DNA from: a virus
Lineage: Duplodnaviria; Caudoviricetes
DNA: 24,239 bases
IMG/VR virus record: IMGVR_UViG_3300020044_008468
Coordinates: 1-24,239 of that record
Strand: one strand, 5' to 3'
The notes under the pieces are model-generated. The model saw only the letters and a list, made by a program, of their open reading frames with translations, made no database searches and was not told where the DNA came from. The stretch's first letter is position 1; every line of letters begins with the position of its first letter. The translations under genes and the position numbers were made by a program. Below are positions 6,529 through 15,932 of this stretch, piece by piece.

Positions 6529-7631
6529 TCGATAACCCTCGCTTGAGTCGTCGCACCGATACTATTCGAGTCGCAAGAGCCGGAAAAACCGAAAGTCGAG
6601 TTGAGAATTACCCTCGGATCGGCGATCGAAGCGTTGCCGGCTCTCTGCTCGTCTTGAGGGACAAAAAGCACGCCGTGAGCGAGTGTCATGCCAACTTTCG
6701 CTCCGGCTCGCGGATGCAAGGAGAGTCGAAACTCTCGCGTTTCGCCGGCGGCGATCGTCACGGCTTTTTGGTGAATGTCGACTCCGGCTTCATCGAGAAG
6801 CTTCGGATCCCAACTATATCGCGACCGATGAGCGATCGTGCCGGTGACATCGCAACCTTCGCGATTTGTGATTTGAATTGGAACATCGATCCTTTTTTTC
6901 GTCGAGACATCCACGATCGCGGGGACTTGGACGTCGAATCCGCGCGGCTCCTCGTAGAAGAATTGGACGTTATCGACAAACATCCGGACCGGCCTCGGGA
7001 TCTCGGGCTCGGCTCCATACGGAGTGCAGTCTATATAGAGCCGAGTCGCGATCTCCCAATAGTTCGCAGTCGTTGTTGGGTTTGCGGGGACTCGATATTG
7101 AGAGAGAGATCGTTGGTGTTGCGGAGTGTCGTTTATCACTACGCGAATCCAATCGCCGCCGGCCAAATCATGCCGGATGAGCAATTGATGATAGAAATGC
7201 CAATTGTCGGACTCCTTAACCTCCTTGGTTCCGATCTTCGACGGATCGAAATGATATGTGCCGATCACCAGATTCTCGGCTCGTTTGATGCTCGACTTTG
7301 CGCGAAAGCCAGCATCAAACCGAACATCGAAAGCGAAGCGATTGGCTCGCTCTCCATTTCGCACGAGATATCCGGCGCGATCTCCCGGCGTCATGACGGA
7401 TCGACCGGTTGATTTGCCTCGGAGGATCCAAAAGCCCGGCAAACCAGAACGCTCGTCGGGCGACTCGACCAATAAACAATCGCCTCCCGAGCGTCCCTCC
7501 CCTCGCGCAATCGTCAAGCGATCGGCTCCAGAGTCTCCTTTGGGATCGACAAAAGTAGACGTCGTTCCCTTTGGGCGACTCGCCGCCCATTCTCGATTTG
7601 GCAAGACGCTCGAGGAAAAGTCGAGGAGCAT
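6525..7631 (-). CDS. Hypothetical protein (368 aa), beta-sandwich/carbohydrate-binding-like N-part and Ig-like C-part
   Basis: Fills the operon gap exactly. MFVDNVQF-type strand; VPIQITN...VTIAAGETREFRLSL Ig-like signature. Confidence 0.7.
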   Translation of the reverse strand: MLLDFSSSVLPNREWAASRPKGTTSTFVDPKGDSGADRLTIARGEGRSGGDCLLVESPDERSGLPGFWILRGKSTGRSVMTPGDRAGYLVRNGERANRFAFDVRFDAGFRAKSSIKRAENLVIGTYHFDPSKIGTKEVKESDNWHFYHQLLIRHDLAGGDWIRVVINDTPQHQRSLSQYRVPANPTTTANYWEIATRLYIDCTPYGAEPEIPRPVRMFVDNVQFFYEEPRGFDVQVPAIVDVSTKKRIDVPIQITNREGCDVTGTIAHRSRYSWDPKLLDEAGVDIHQKAVTIAAGETREFRLSLHPRAGAKVGMTLAHGVLFVPQDEQRAGNASIADPRVILNSTFGFSGSCDSNSIGATTQARVIE

Positions 7632-7638
7632 AGGTCAC

Positions 7639-8064
7639 CTATACGGAGATTTGGATGTTCCCGCCGGTCGCCGCAAAGTCGAGCGTAACGTCGCCGCCGT
7701 TTGTGGCCGTGTTCGCGACATCAAAAAACGCGATCAATTTGCTAGTTGCGTCCGAGCCAGTATCTTTCACGAGCACGGCTCCATGAATTGTCGCGCCGGC
7801 TCCAAGAGCCGTCCAAGTTTGATCGGGGATTGTCACCTCAACTCGCTCGGAGCCGGAGGTATTGTTCGCCGCAAGCGTAGGAGTAACACTTTTTCGAGCA
7901 TAGTTCGTTACGGCAAGTTCTCCGGTGAGATTGCTCACGAATTGATGCGACTTAGTTTCGCCGTAAGCCGTCGAGACAAGCAAGATCTTAAATGTGCTCG
8001 CCGCGCCAAGATCGCCGGAGCCAAGGACATCTAAGAGGCCGGTCGTATAAAGAAAAGATGCCAT
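7639..8064 (-). CDS. Phage tail/virion protein (141 aa)
   Basis: AAGGA RBS. FKILLV...YARKSV...TWTALG...LIAFFD...TNGGDVTL is a recurrent small phage structural pattern. Confidence 0.7.
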   Translation of the reverse strand: MASFLYTTGLLDVLGSGDLGAASTFKILLVSTAYGETKSHQFVSNLTGELAVTNYARKSVTPTLAANNTSGSERVEVTIPDQTWTALGAGATIHGAVLVKDTGSDATSKLIAFFDVANTATNGGDVTLDFAATGGNIQISV

Positions 8065-8078
8065 CGTGCGAATCCTTA

Positions 8079-8140
8079 TGAAAGAGAGCTCCGCCGGCGG
8101 GACGAGACCGGCGGAGCCGCGAGGGAGGAGATCACCTCGC
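8079..8140 (-). terminator. Terminator-like/processing tandem hairpins between the lysis-position cassette and distal virion genes
   Basis: GCTCCGCCGG 8088-97 / CCGGCGGAGC 8108-17 (10 bp) followed on the minus strand by weak TCTCTTTC. Second stem GCGAGG 8119-24 / CCTCGC 8135-40. Confidence 0.5.
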
Positions 8141-8155
8141 TACGAGTTATTGTGA

Positions 8156-8365
8156 TTAGCGACAAAACATCCGGCCATTGATCATCGAGCATCGCGAGCC
8201 GGCAACATTTGCGCCGGTAATGATTTTGGATCGCTCGACATACACTTCCGAAGCCGACATTGAACACGAGCCAGAAAAGCAAGAGCGATTGCGAAAGATC
8301 ATTCGGCCTTCGGAGGCAGAAGCGAATGCGACAAGAACCAAGAGAGCGAGCGTAAATTTCTTCAT
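8156..8365 (-). CDS. Small exported Cys-rich peptide (69 aa)
   Basis: ATG 8365: signal peptide MKKFTLALLVLVAFASASEG, then SCFSGSC and CSMINGRMFC. Confidence 0.7.
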   Translation of the reverse strand: MKKFTLALLVLVAFASASEGRMIFRNRSCFSGSCSMSASEVYVERSKIITGANVAGSRCSMINGRMFCR

Positions 8366-8370
8366 GATGA

Positions 8371-9345
8371 TTATGATCCCATTCCGAGAGAGCTCCAATC
8401 GATGGAGCGAGGAGGAAAATCCATTGTCTCGCCATGAGCGAAAACTTCGGAGGAAGACGACGCAATAATCCGCTTCATCGTTGCTTCGGTGACCCAAAAG
8501 GATCCGTTTACTCGGCCGGCATACTTTGCTTCGAGCCATGGACATCGAGGATTTGAGTCCGGCCCCCATTGATTGTCGATCGCAAAAACGAGCCCAAGTC
8601 CCTCATGGTTCCGATATCCGCTTACAGACATTTGGTGAGCCCAAGAGCGATTCCAATCGCCGATAAGGAGCCCGGACTTGATCGCGGGAACCGTACCAAA
8701 ATTCGAGGCGACCGTTACTCCATATCCTTGAGCCAGAGCTTGCCTCAAGGATTTGATGTCTCGAATGCGCGCAACATAGCCGATGCGATGCAAATTTGCG
8801 AGCGGCGCGAGCTCGGTCTCGGGGATCGGCCAAGCCCTCGGAACCGACCAATCGGCCTCGATCTTTTCCGACCAAACCAGCCATCCCCCGCGATTGGTTG
8901 CTTGGGGAAGCCGAGGATCGTCGGCGGCAAGCATTCCCCATTCGGCGACGGCTTTCGCTTGCGTCGCGCCGAAAGATCCACCTCCGCGAGAGTTCAAACC
9001 TCCGAGCCTCCGGCCGATCCCCCAAGTCGCCCAAGGAAAGATCGTCTCGATCTCCTCGCCAGTTTTGCGGACATAAGCATCGCCGGCTTGCGATTGCGCG
9101 TAGGATCGAGCTCCGGCCGCTCCGACGCAAGAACCGATTTGTTGCCAAATGCGAGGGAGGAGGCCTCCGGTCGCAAGCTCGATATCGTATAGGAGAGCCG
9201 CCTCGGGGAGATCGACGTCGCCGCCGACATCGCCGAAGTCCGGAGTCGAGCGATCAAATGCCTCCGCAAGAGCTCGCTCGCGTGCGGTACGCTCGTCTGG
9301 AAGAATGTACCCTCCGGCGGCTCCAAGATCGTCCAAACGGCTCAT
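8371..9345 (-). CDS. Papain-like (clan CA, C1-type) cysteine peptidase, candidate lysin
   Basis: QQIGSCVG (oxyanion Q, catalytic C), WAHQM (H), IDNQWG (N), GSFWV. ATG 9345 overlaps upstream TGA; GGAGGAG RBS. Confidence 0.85.
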   Translation of the reverse strand: MSRLDDLGAAGGYILPDERTARERALAEAFDRSTPDFGDVGGDVDLPEAALLYDIELATGGLLPRIWQQIGSCVGAAGARSYAQSQAGDAYVRKTGEEIETIFPWATWGIGRRLGGLNSRGGGSFGATQAKAVAEWGMLAADDPRLPQATNRGGWLVWSEKIEADWSVPRAWPIPETELAPLANLHRIGYVARIRDIKSLRQALAQGYGVTVASNFGTVPAIKSGLLIGDWNRSWAHQMSVSGYRNHEGLGLVFAIDNQWGPDSNPRCPWLEAKYAGRVNGSFWVTEATMKRIIASSSSEVFAHGETMDFPPRSIDWSSLGMGS

Positions 9346-10007
9346 CGTGCTCCTCCGGCGGCTTCGAGTCCGCTCATTGCCTCGGCAAAAATTGCGGCGA
9401 TCTCCGGAAGAGTTTTGGCCGACTTGAGCGATCCAGCGATAAAAGCCCCTAGAGCCCTCCATGGCTCGCTTCCCGGCGAGATGCCGGTACATAGAGCGGT
9501 AATGCGATCCCTCGCCTCCACGGGGCTCCTAAGGCCTCCTCCGTTGATCTCGGCGATCGCGGTCCGGAATGCCGTTGCGTAGCGGCCGGCGATCTCCGGT
9601 TGGCCGATCGCCCGAGCCATGCGAGCAACTTCGCCGGCAAGTCCCGGCGGATCGGGCTTTGCCGGATCCGGCTTGGGCGGAGGCGGCTTGGGCGGAGACG
9701 GAGCCTCGCCGTCGACGGTGACGATCCAAGTCGTCCGATCCCGGCGGCGATGCTCCCAATCGATGACATCGGAGGCGAAAACCGCCGATCCGGATGCGAG
9801 GTAGGTCACTAGGACCGTGCCTCCCTCGTAACATTTGAAGTCGGCCGTAAGCGGATCGCGCGCCTCCCATGAGACATCGGAGCCCGGAGGGACATCGCGA
9901 AGCCGGAGCTCCACGAGACCGGGACGGACGGTCACGCCTTGCGGATCGCCGGCAAAAGCATTCGCGACCAAAAGTAACATCGCAAGAGCCATCACAAGTC
10001 TTTTCAT
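9342..10007 (-). CDS. Exported protein with Pro-rich linker (221 aa)
   Basis: AGGA RBS, ATG 10007. Signal peptide MKRLVMALAMLLLVANAFA; beta domain, PSPPKPPPPKPDPAKPDPP linker, helical domain. Confidence 0.8.
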   Translation of the reverse strand: MKRLVMALAMLLLVANAFAGDPQGVTVRPGLVELRLRDVPPGSDVSWEARDPLTADFKCYEGGTVLVTYLASGSAVFASDVIDWEHRRRDRTTWIVTVDGEAPSPPKPPPPKPDPAKPDPPGLAGEVARMARAIGQPEIAGRYATAFRTAIAEINGGGLRSPVEARDRITALCTGISPGSEPWRALGAFIAGSLKSAKTLPEIAAIFAEAMSGLEAAGGAR

Positions 10008-10020
10008 CGATTGCTTTCCT

Positions 10021-10293
10021 TTAGGATCGGGAACCAATCAAGCTTTCGATGGCCCGCTCAAGCTTCTCAACCGATTGCTTAAGCGCGACAAGCGTCTCGG
10101 AATTGCGTTGCGCGAGCTCCGAGACGGCTTCGAGGAACGCGATTTGGTGCGCCGCAAGCGGCTTCACGATTTGATTGGCGATCCACGATGCCGCTCGCCA
10201 AACGCAAATCATCAAGACTACGAGAACCAGCATCGGCGTCCCGACGGCTTCCAGAAACGAAAGGAAACGCTCGTTGCTCAATAATTCGATCAT
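10021..10293 (-). CDS. Putative holin-like membrane protein (90 aa)
   Basis: One TM helix (VGTPMLVLVVLMICVW) followed by a coiled coil; located after tail genes. Confidence 0.6.
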   Translation of the reverse strand: MIELLSNERFLSFLEAVGTPMLVLVVLMICVWRAASWIANQIVKPLAAHQIAFLEAVSELAQRNSETLVALKQSVEKLERAIESLIGSRS

Positions 10294-10595
10294 TTCTCCT
10301 CCCCGCTCTTCATCTGTTCGATGAGCAAGCGAAGAAGAATCGAAAACAACAAGCCCAAGCCGACCGAACCTTCCTTCGGGACGTCGACTCCAAGATCTGC
10401 GATCGTTTCGGAGAGCTCAAGGATTGCGTCGCTTTCGCTCTCGGGAGAATCGCCGAATGGGATTTGCTGCTCCAGCGACATCCAAGCATCGCCAATGGCG
10501 CAAATCAGAGATGCGGCCGCGACTCGAATCGCCTTTCGATTGCCTCCCCGAAGAGCCTCGCGAAAAACGCGAATTGCTTCCAACAACTCCACCAT
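10290..10595 (-). CDS. Hypothetical protein with C-terminal hydrophobic helix (101 aa)
   Basis: AAGGAG RBS, ATG 10595 (MVELLEAIRVF). VGLGLLFSILLRLLI near the C-terminus. The track start at 11000 overlaps the tailspike. Confidence 0.7.
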   Translation of the reverse strand: MVELLEAIRVFREALRGGNRKAIRVAAASLICAIGDAWMSLEQQIPFGDSPESESDAILELSETIADLGVDVPKEGSVGLGLLFSILLRLLIEQMKSGEEK

Positions 10596-10606
10596 AACGG
10601 GACTCC

Positions 10607-12523
10607 TTAGCTTGTGTAATTTTGATGCTCGTAAGTCGCTTGAAGAGATTGCGCCGCCGAAGACGACACTCCGTTCGGATCTCCGTTGTCGCCGCGAATG
10701 CCGATCTTGTCCGTTCCTTGCGTAAAGCGTTGAGTATACCCTCGGCAATGATTGCCGACGATTTGGATCTTGTCCGGTCCGTTCGCGTAGGGATGCAAGA
10801 TGTAATCGTTGCTCTCCCGATCGAAAAAGTTCCCTCGAATCTTGTGGTCGGTTCCTCCGTAAATTTGAATTGCCGCTTTCACAAAAAGCGGAACGGCCGT
10901 TTCGCCGGAGCCGGACATCCAAGTCGCGCAATTCCTCATTCCGCAATTGTCCATTTCGAGACCGTTCACTTGATATTCGGCGTAGAGAGTCGTCCCCCAA
11001 ACATCCTCGAAATGGACATTAGAAATTCGCAAGTTGTGCTGGACGATAACGGCATTGTCCGGCGGAGGAGTCGCATTAAAGCTTCTTGGTTGCACTCCGA
11101 TTGCGGCTCCTTCTACATACCCTCCATCGATCACGGCATCGGCTTGTGCCGTTACAAAAGCATATCCTTCGTTGCGTCTTCCGGACGATGCTCGCCGGCG
11201 ATCGTAAAAAGAGCAATTGCGATATACGCTTCGCCGCGATCGTCCACCAAATCCGCATTGCCTTACAAGCGGTGATCCGCCGGCGAAAACGCGACATGAG
11301 TCGAAGGTTATTCCATACCCTTCGGCGTGAGAATCGAAGCCGGTGAGGACGTCCGAATTTACCGAGCCGGCTTGGTATTGCGTCACATTGCTTACAAAAA
11401 CTCCGCAAGGAGTTCCGGCGCGAACGTAGCTTGTGCCAATCCGGTTGCCTCCAGTCGTGAAGACATGGCGAGCATTGTGCCAAGTTGAGTCGCGAAACGT
11501 GAGTCCGTTTACGGTCATCACAACGACGCCGTAATCAACCGAATTATCGGGGACTCCGTATCCGTTGAATCCCTCGATCATCGTATTCGCGGACATGTTT
11601 ACGCGAAGATTGCCAGCTGTTGTGTCGTCGATCGTGACGTCCGAAACATGAAAGCCAACCGTCCGTTGAACATCAAAAGCAAGCGTGATATCGCCGCCGG
11701 TCTCAAAAGAAGACTCGGTTGCCAAGTTCCGGCCGGAACCAATCGTTAGGTTTGCAAGGCCGCAATTTGCAAGCATCGGAAGCTTAATGATCGTCGGGCT
11801 TGTGATCATGTCATCGATTATCGCGCCGTCCAGAAATGCTTTGGGGACTCCATTCACGGTTGCGACATAAGCAACGCGACGCACTTCTCCCGGTCTTTGT
11901 TGAGCCGCAACGGAGGACGCCGAATAATGCGGGGCGACATTTGGAATTGCGTCAAGCGAGGTCATCAAGATCCAATCGCCGCGCTTTAGGTATCCGCTCG
12001 TCCATCCGGAAATTGAAGTCGAGCCGGCGGGAGCCGGATCAATTGAAACTTGCGAAGCGGCTGAATACCAATTGATCGAGTCTCCCCACAAAATGCGATA
12101 TCCGCGAACAGTCGTCGACGTAGTATTGAGCGTGATATGAGCGTTGCGCGTTTCGCCCACAAGTCGGAATGGCTTATTGATCTCGATCACGCCGAGATAG
12201 CTTGCATCGATCTTGACATTTCCAGAAGTCCCGGCGACCGAGTATGCCGGATCCAGAATGAGCGACGAGCCATTGTCCATCACTCGGACGGTCCCTCCGC
12301 CACTAACTGGAAGAGCTCGTACAAGCGACTCGAATGCCGGCGTATCAATTGAGCCCGATCCAGTCGGCCAAATATCGTAGGTTGCAAGTCCGCGAATTTG
12401 TGCGAGCGAGACCTTGTTCGATGTCTTGGGATTAACGCCCGCATTGTCGATGCCAAACTCGATTGATGAAGCATTAACACCCGTGAGATCGAGCGGCGTG
12501 AGCTGGTTAATCGTCTTCGTCAT
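10607..12523 (-). CDS. Tailspike / parallel beta-helix (pectate-lyase-like) depolymerase
   Basis: ATG 12523 in ATGA overlap. N-terminal TINQLT...KVSLAQI anchor, GGGTVRV cap, repeated V/I-x-D/N-V/C-x-F/I rungs, NARHVFTTGG and GFDSHAEG. Confidence 0.8.
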   Translation of the reverse strand: MTKTINQLTPLDLTGVNASSIEFGIDNAGVNPKTSNKVSLAQIRGLATYDIWPTGSGSIDTPAFESLVRALPVSGGGTVRVMDNGSSLILDPAYSVAGTSGNVKIDASYLGVIEINKPFRLVGETRNAHITLNTTSTTVRGYRILWGDSINWYSAASQVSIDPAPAGSTSISGWTSGYLKRGDWILMTSLDAIPNVAPHYSASSVAAQQRPGEVRRVAYVATVNGVPKAFLDGAIIDDMITSPTIIKLPMLANCGLANLTIGSGRNLATESSFETGGDITLAFDVQRTVGFHVSDVTIDDTTAGNLRVNMSANTMIEGFNGYGVPDNSVDYGVVVMTVNGLTFRDSTWHNARHVFTTGGNRIGTSYVRAGTPCGVFVSNVTQYQAGSVNSDVLTGFDSHAEGYGITFDSCRVFAGGSPLVRQCGFGGRSRRSVYRNCSFYDRRRASSGRRNEGYAFVTAQADAVIDGGYVEGAAIGVQPRSFNATPPPDNAVIVQHNLRISNVHFEDVWGTTLYAEYQVNGLEMDNCGMRNCATWMSGSGETAVPLFVKAAIQIYGGTDHKIRGNFFDRESNDYILHPYANGPDKIQIVGNHCRGYTQRFTQGTDKIGIRGDNGDPNGVSSSAAQSLQATYEHQNYTS

Positions 12524-13281
12524 GATTCGCACTCCGCTCCGGTGATTCGCCAAACTTGTTCGCCGTCAAACCAAGTCGCCATAACTTGCTTGCCGTTGCT
12601 AATTTGCTGGCCTCCGGTCATCCAGTTGAAGTGGACGCCGGAAATTTGATACGTTGTCGCCGCTCCTCCGCGCCATACTTGGACGATCGCGGTTGTCGAT
12701 CCGTCCGCAACGGAAGCAATTGTTTTGCCAACGACAACGGCCGTCGATCGCGCCGCAAGTCGCACAAGAGCTTTCTTGGTTCCGGTTCCGGACTCGATCC
12801 ACAAAATTTCAGCGGTCCCATTTGGCTTTGCCGTGAGCTTGGTTGAAAATCCCGGCGTGACATCGGCTCGCGTCAACCAGTCATGCGAGATCTCGACCGT
12901 CACGGCAACAACTCCAGCAATCGCCCCAAAGCCCATTTTGCCGGCCGCGATCGGCTCTTGCAAAACGGCAAACTTCCCATGAGAGCTTGACGTCGGAACA
13001 TTTCCGACAAACGCGATGCGGCTCGCGAATGTATTGGCATTTTCGCTCGGGAGAACAAGCGGAGCTCCAAGAGCGAGGATCTCGCCCGGCTCGCGAGCAA
13101 GCGAGGTGTTGTTTTTTACGAGAACTGTTGGAGCCGGTTTTTCGCGCGGCGTATTGCTCGCTCCGGCTCCCACATTGATTATGCTCTGAAAGCCATTCGC
13201 GGCATCAACGAACGCATTCCAAGTAGATGCGGTGAGATGATCGGTGATTGGCTCTCCGGCATTTGCTCGCTTGATGCTCAT
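12520..13281 (-). CDS. Phage distal tail protein (253 aa)
   Basis: Second gene after the tape measure. LTASTWNAFVDAA, FAVLQEPIAAGKMG, ends WRITGAECES. Confidence 0.7.
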   Translation of the reverse strand: MSIKRANAGEPITDHLTASTWNAFVDAANGFQSIINVGAGASNTPREKPAPTVLVKNNTSLAREPGEILALGAPLVLPSENANTFASRIAFVGNVPTSSSHGKFAVLQEPIAAGKMGFGAIAGVVAVTVEISHDWLTRADVTPGFSTKLTAKPNGTAEILWIESGTGTKKALVRLAARSTAVVVGKTIASVADGSTTAIVQVWRGGAATTYQISGVHFNWMTGGQQISNGKQVMATWFDGEQVWRITGAECES

Positions 13282-14087
13282 TACGGGATCCCCAAGACCG
13301 TTTGGAAGTTGTCTCGCTCGAATACCCGCTCTACGTTTACTTGGTACGGCGTAGGGATGTATCGGCCTTGGGCGATCGTCTCTTCGTTATAAACCCAAAT
13401 AACGTCCCATCCGTCGGCCGCGATGCCGGAAAAAGGACCGATCGTAAGTCCAGAGCGATTCAACCGGACATCGAATCGAAATGAGAGCTCCCAATCGGTT
13501 CCGTTTCGCGCTTTGCCAGTACAACCAACAAACCGAACTTCGCCGGCATTGTATCCGAAATAGGATGTCGAGTTAACCTTGCCAGCCAGATTCATCACCG
13601 ATCGCTTCCAAGCATCGGTGACGATCGCCCAAGTCGGATAGTATGACAACGTAAACGAGGAGATCGGGCGACCGACAGAGACTCCGTTGATAGTTACACT
13701 ATCGCCAGAACGCTCGACGTCGATTGCCTTATTGAAATTCATCGCGGTCCCGGCTTGATAAGTCGCGACCGTCGAAAGACTTTGCTTGATCGTGACATTC
13801 TCGAGCGATATATCGAAAGCAAACTCGACGGCTCCCGTCGCCGGAGGATCTTGAGTTTCCCGCTCGGATTTGCCATACGTTACGGTTGCTTCAAACAAGC
13901 TCGGCCAAATGATCTCATCGATTTGGATGCCGGTCCGAACCAATCCATCATATGAGCCGGGAGCGGCGAGCTCGACGGCATCGAGTGCATCGATGTCGGA
14001 CGTCGCGTTTTTGACGACGTACCCAATTGTCCGCGACTCTTGATCGCCGGAGACAGAGCGATATTTCGTTGAGACGGTGACCGGCAT
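13281..14087 (-). CDS. Phage distal tail/hub protein (268 aa)
   Basis: Immediately follows the tape measure. GKVNSTSYFGYNAGEVRFVG, WELSFRF, GWDVIWV. Confidence 0.72.
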   Translation of the reverse strand: MPVTVSTKYRSVSGDQESRTIGYVVKNATSDIDALDAVELAAPGSYDGLVRTGIQIDEIIWPSLFEATVTYGKSERETQDPPATGAVEFAFDISLENVTIKQSLSTVATYQAGTAMNFNKAIDVERSGDSVTINGVSVGRPISSFTLSYYPTWAIVTDAWKRSVMNLAGKVNSTSYFGYNAGEVRFVGCTGKARNGTDWELSFRFDVRLNRSGLTIGPFSGIAADGWDVIWVYNEETIAQGRYIPTPYQVNVERVFERDNFQTVLGIP

Positions 14088-14090
14088 TTG

Positions 14091-15929
14091 TTATCCCATC
14101 AAAAGCGAGAACTTGTTTCGCTCGATTTGCTGTAATCGCTTATCCATGCGCTCGGCGGCTTCGCGAGCTTTCTTGTTCTCCTCGTAGTTTTTCTTCTCGA
14201 AGCTATCGCCTCCAAAGATTTGGCCGGCGAGATCTCCTCCGAAAATTGCTCGCGAGCCCGAAACACTTGCGGCCGCTTTTTCCGCGACGTCGCGAAGCTC
14301 GTTATCATCGGGTAAATTTGGAGCTCTAAGATTAGGCGCGGCGACGTCCGGTCCGGGAGCCTTTGAGGCGATCGCAGTATTCTTCGCAAGCTCATACGCT
14401 TTCTTTGCGTCGTCCAATCGCTCTTGCGCGGCCTTCGCGGCTTCTGCTCGCGCGGCATCGAGGAGATTGATCTCTTTTGCGAACTCGCTGTTGATCTTTG
14501 CTCTCGCTCTTGCGTCTTGCTCTTTGATGCGATTGCGATCGGCGTCGGTCATCGCCTCATTGCCTTGGCGATAAGCGTCCTTGAGATCGGCATCATCGCC
14601 GGCCATAAAATCACCAACCAATGCCGACGCAAGCTCGCCAAATCCGGCCGCCGTTTTTTCGTATTCGGTTTGAAGTCCCGTCCAAAAGGACTTCATGCTT
14701 GTTTCGGCATTCAAAAACGCTTCTTGCATCCCGAATACAAGCTCGGTTGTCGTCGACAAAAGACTTGCCTTGCCGTTTTCCCATATAAGCTCGAGCGTCG
14801 CCCAAAAGAGTTTTGCGGCCGCTTCCGTATCGCCCGAAGCGAAAGCGTTTGAAAATGCAGTCGTAAGATCGCCGGCTTCTTTTACAAGCGTACCGAATCG
14901 CTCGCGAGCCCAAGAGAAGACATCGTCGAGAGAATTGAAACTTGCACCGAAGTAAAGGACGGCTCCTCCTAGAGCGATCCAAAAAGCGGCCGCGAGCGGT
15001 CCTCCACCTAGCAAGCCGACAACGGCCGCAATGCCTCCGATGGCCGTCGAGACGATGCCAAGAGCCGTTCCAAGACCGTAAACTGCTCCGCCGGCAACAA
15101 CGGCCGCGACTCCAAATTTGGCAATGCTTACGACAAGCTCTTTATTTTCCCGAAGCCATTTCGACACCGACAAGACGATCGGCTCGACAATGTCCAAGAC
15201 GGTCATCAAGGCCGGCGCAAGAGCGGCTCCTAACCGCACATAAACCGAATTTACCGAAATCGTCAACCGCGAGAAGGCGTCGTCAAGCTCCGTCGCCGCT
15301 TGGATGTCCTCCTCGGATACGGCCGCTCCGGTGCGCTTGGCCTCGTCGCGCAACGCTTTGATCGCGGCCGCTCCGCCGGCAAAAAGCGGCTTAAGACTCG
15401 CGCCCACCTTGCCAAACATTTCGATGCCGAGCTTCGCTTGCTTCGCCGGATCCTTGATCTTTGCGAGAGCCGCAGCAATCGCCTCGAATTGTTTTTCTGG
15501 AGAGAGCTTGGACAAACCATCCACGGTAAGTCCAAGCTCGCTCAAAGTCCTTTGCACGGCCTCGGAACCTCCTCGAGCATCGAGGAGGCGTAATTGCATT
15601 GTTCGGAGACCGGATTCGAGATCCTCGAGGGAGGATCCCGTTTCCTTCGCGGCATAAGCAAGCTCGGAGAGAGACGAGCCAGCAACATTCGTCCGCGCGG
15701 ATACTTCGGCGAGTTGCTTGCCATAACTTGCAAAGCTTTTTGCGGCGAGCACGAGCGGAACCGTAACGGCCGTCCCGACTCCAGCAATCTTTTTGCCGAC
15801 TCCGGCAAGTCCGTTGCCGAATGCCTCCAATCGCTTTTGGGCGTTTCGCAAACCCTTGATGAGAGCGGCATCGGAGAGCGTGAACTCAACAAAAGCTCGT
15901 CCGGCCATGATGCCTTGACGATCGGCCAT
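14091..15929 (-). CDS. Tail tape measure protein (612 aa)
   Basis: AGRAFVE start, Ala/Gly/Leu-rich helices, LSELAYAA, LSPEKQFEAIA, hydrophobic central segment; follows the chaperones. Confidence 0.92.
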   Translation of the reverse strand: MADRQGIMAGRAFVEFTLSDAALIKGLRNAQKRLEAFGNGLAGVGKKIAGVGTAVTVPLVLAAKSFASYGKQLAEVSARTNVAGSSLSELAYAAKETGSSLEDLESGLRTMQLRLLDARGGSEAVQRTLSELGLTVDGLSKLSPEKQFEAIAAALAKIKDPAKQAKLGIEMFGKVGASLKPLFAGGAAAIKALRDEAKRTGAAVSEEDIQAATELDDAFSRLTISVNSVYVRLGAALAPALMTVLDIVEPIVLSVSKWLRENKELVVSIAKFGVAAVVAGGAVYGLGTALGIVSTAIGGIAAVVGLLGGGPLAAAFWIALGGAVLYFGASFNSLDDVFSWARERFGTLVKEAGDLTTAFSNAFASGDTEAAAKLFWATLELIWENGKASLLSTTTELVFGMQEAFLNAETSMKSFWTGLQTEYEKTAAGFGELASALVGDFMAGDDADLKDAYRQGNEAMTDADRNRIKEQDARARAKINSEFAKEINLLDAARAEAAKAAQERLDDAKKAYELAKNTAIASKAPGPDVAAPNLRAPNLPDDNELRDVAEKAAASVSGSRAIFGGDLAGQIFGGDSFEKKNYEENKKAREAAERMDKRLQQIERNKFSLLMG

Positions 15930-15932
15930 TGA

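Noticed and set aside
6474-7412. 312-aa plus-strand ORF
   Set aside because: Antisense to the continuous late operon; long shadow ORFs are expected in GC-rich DNA.
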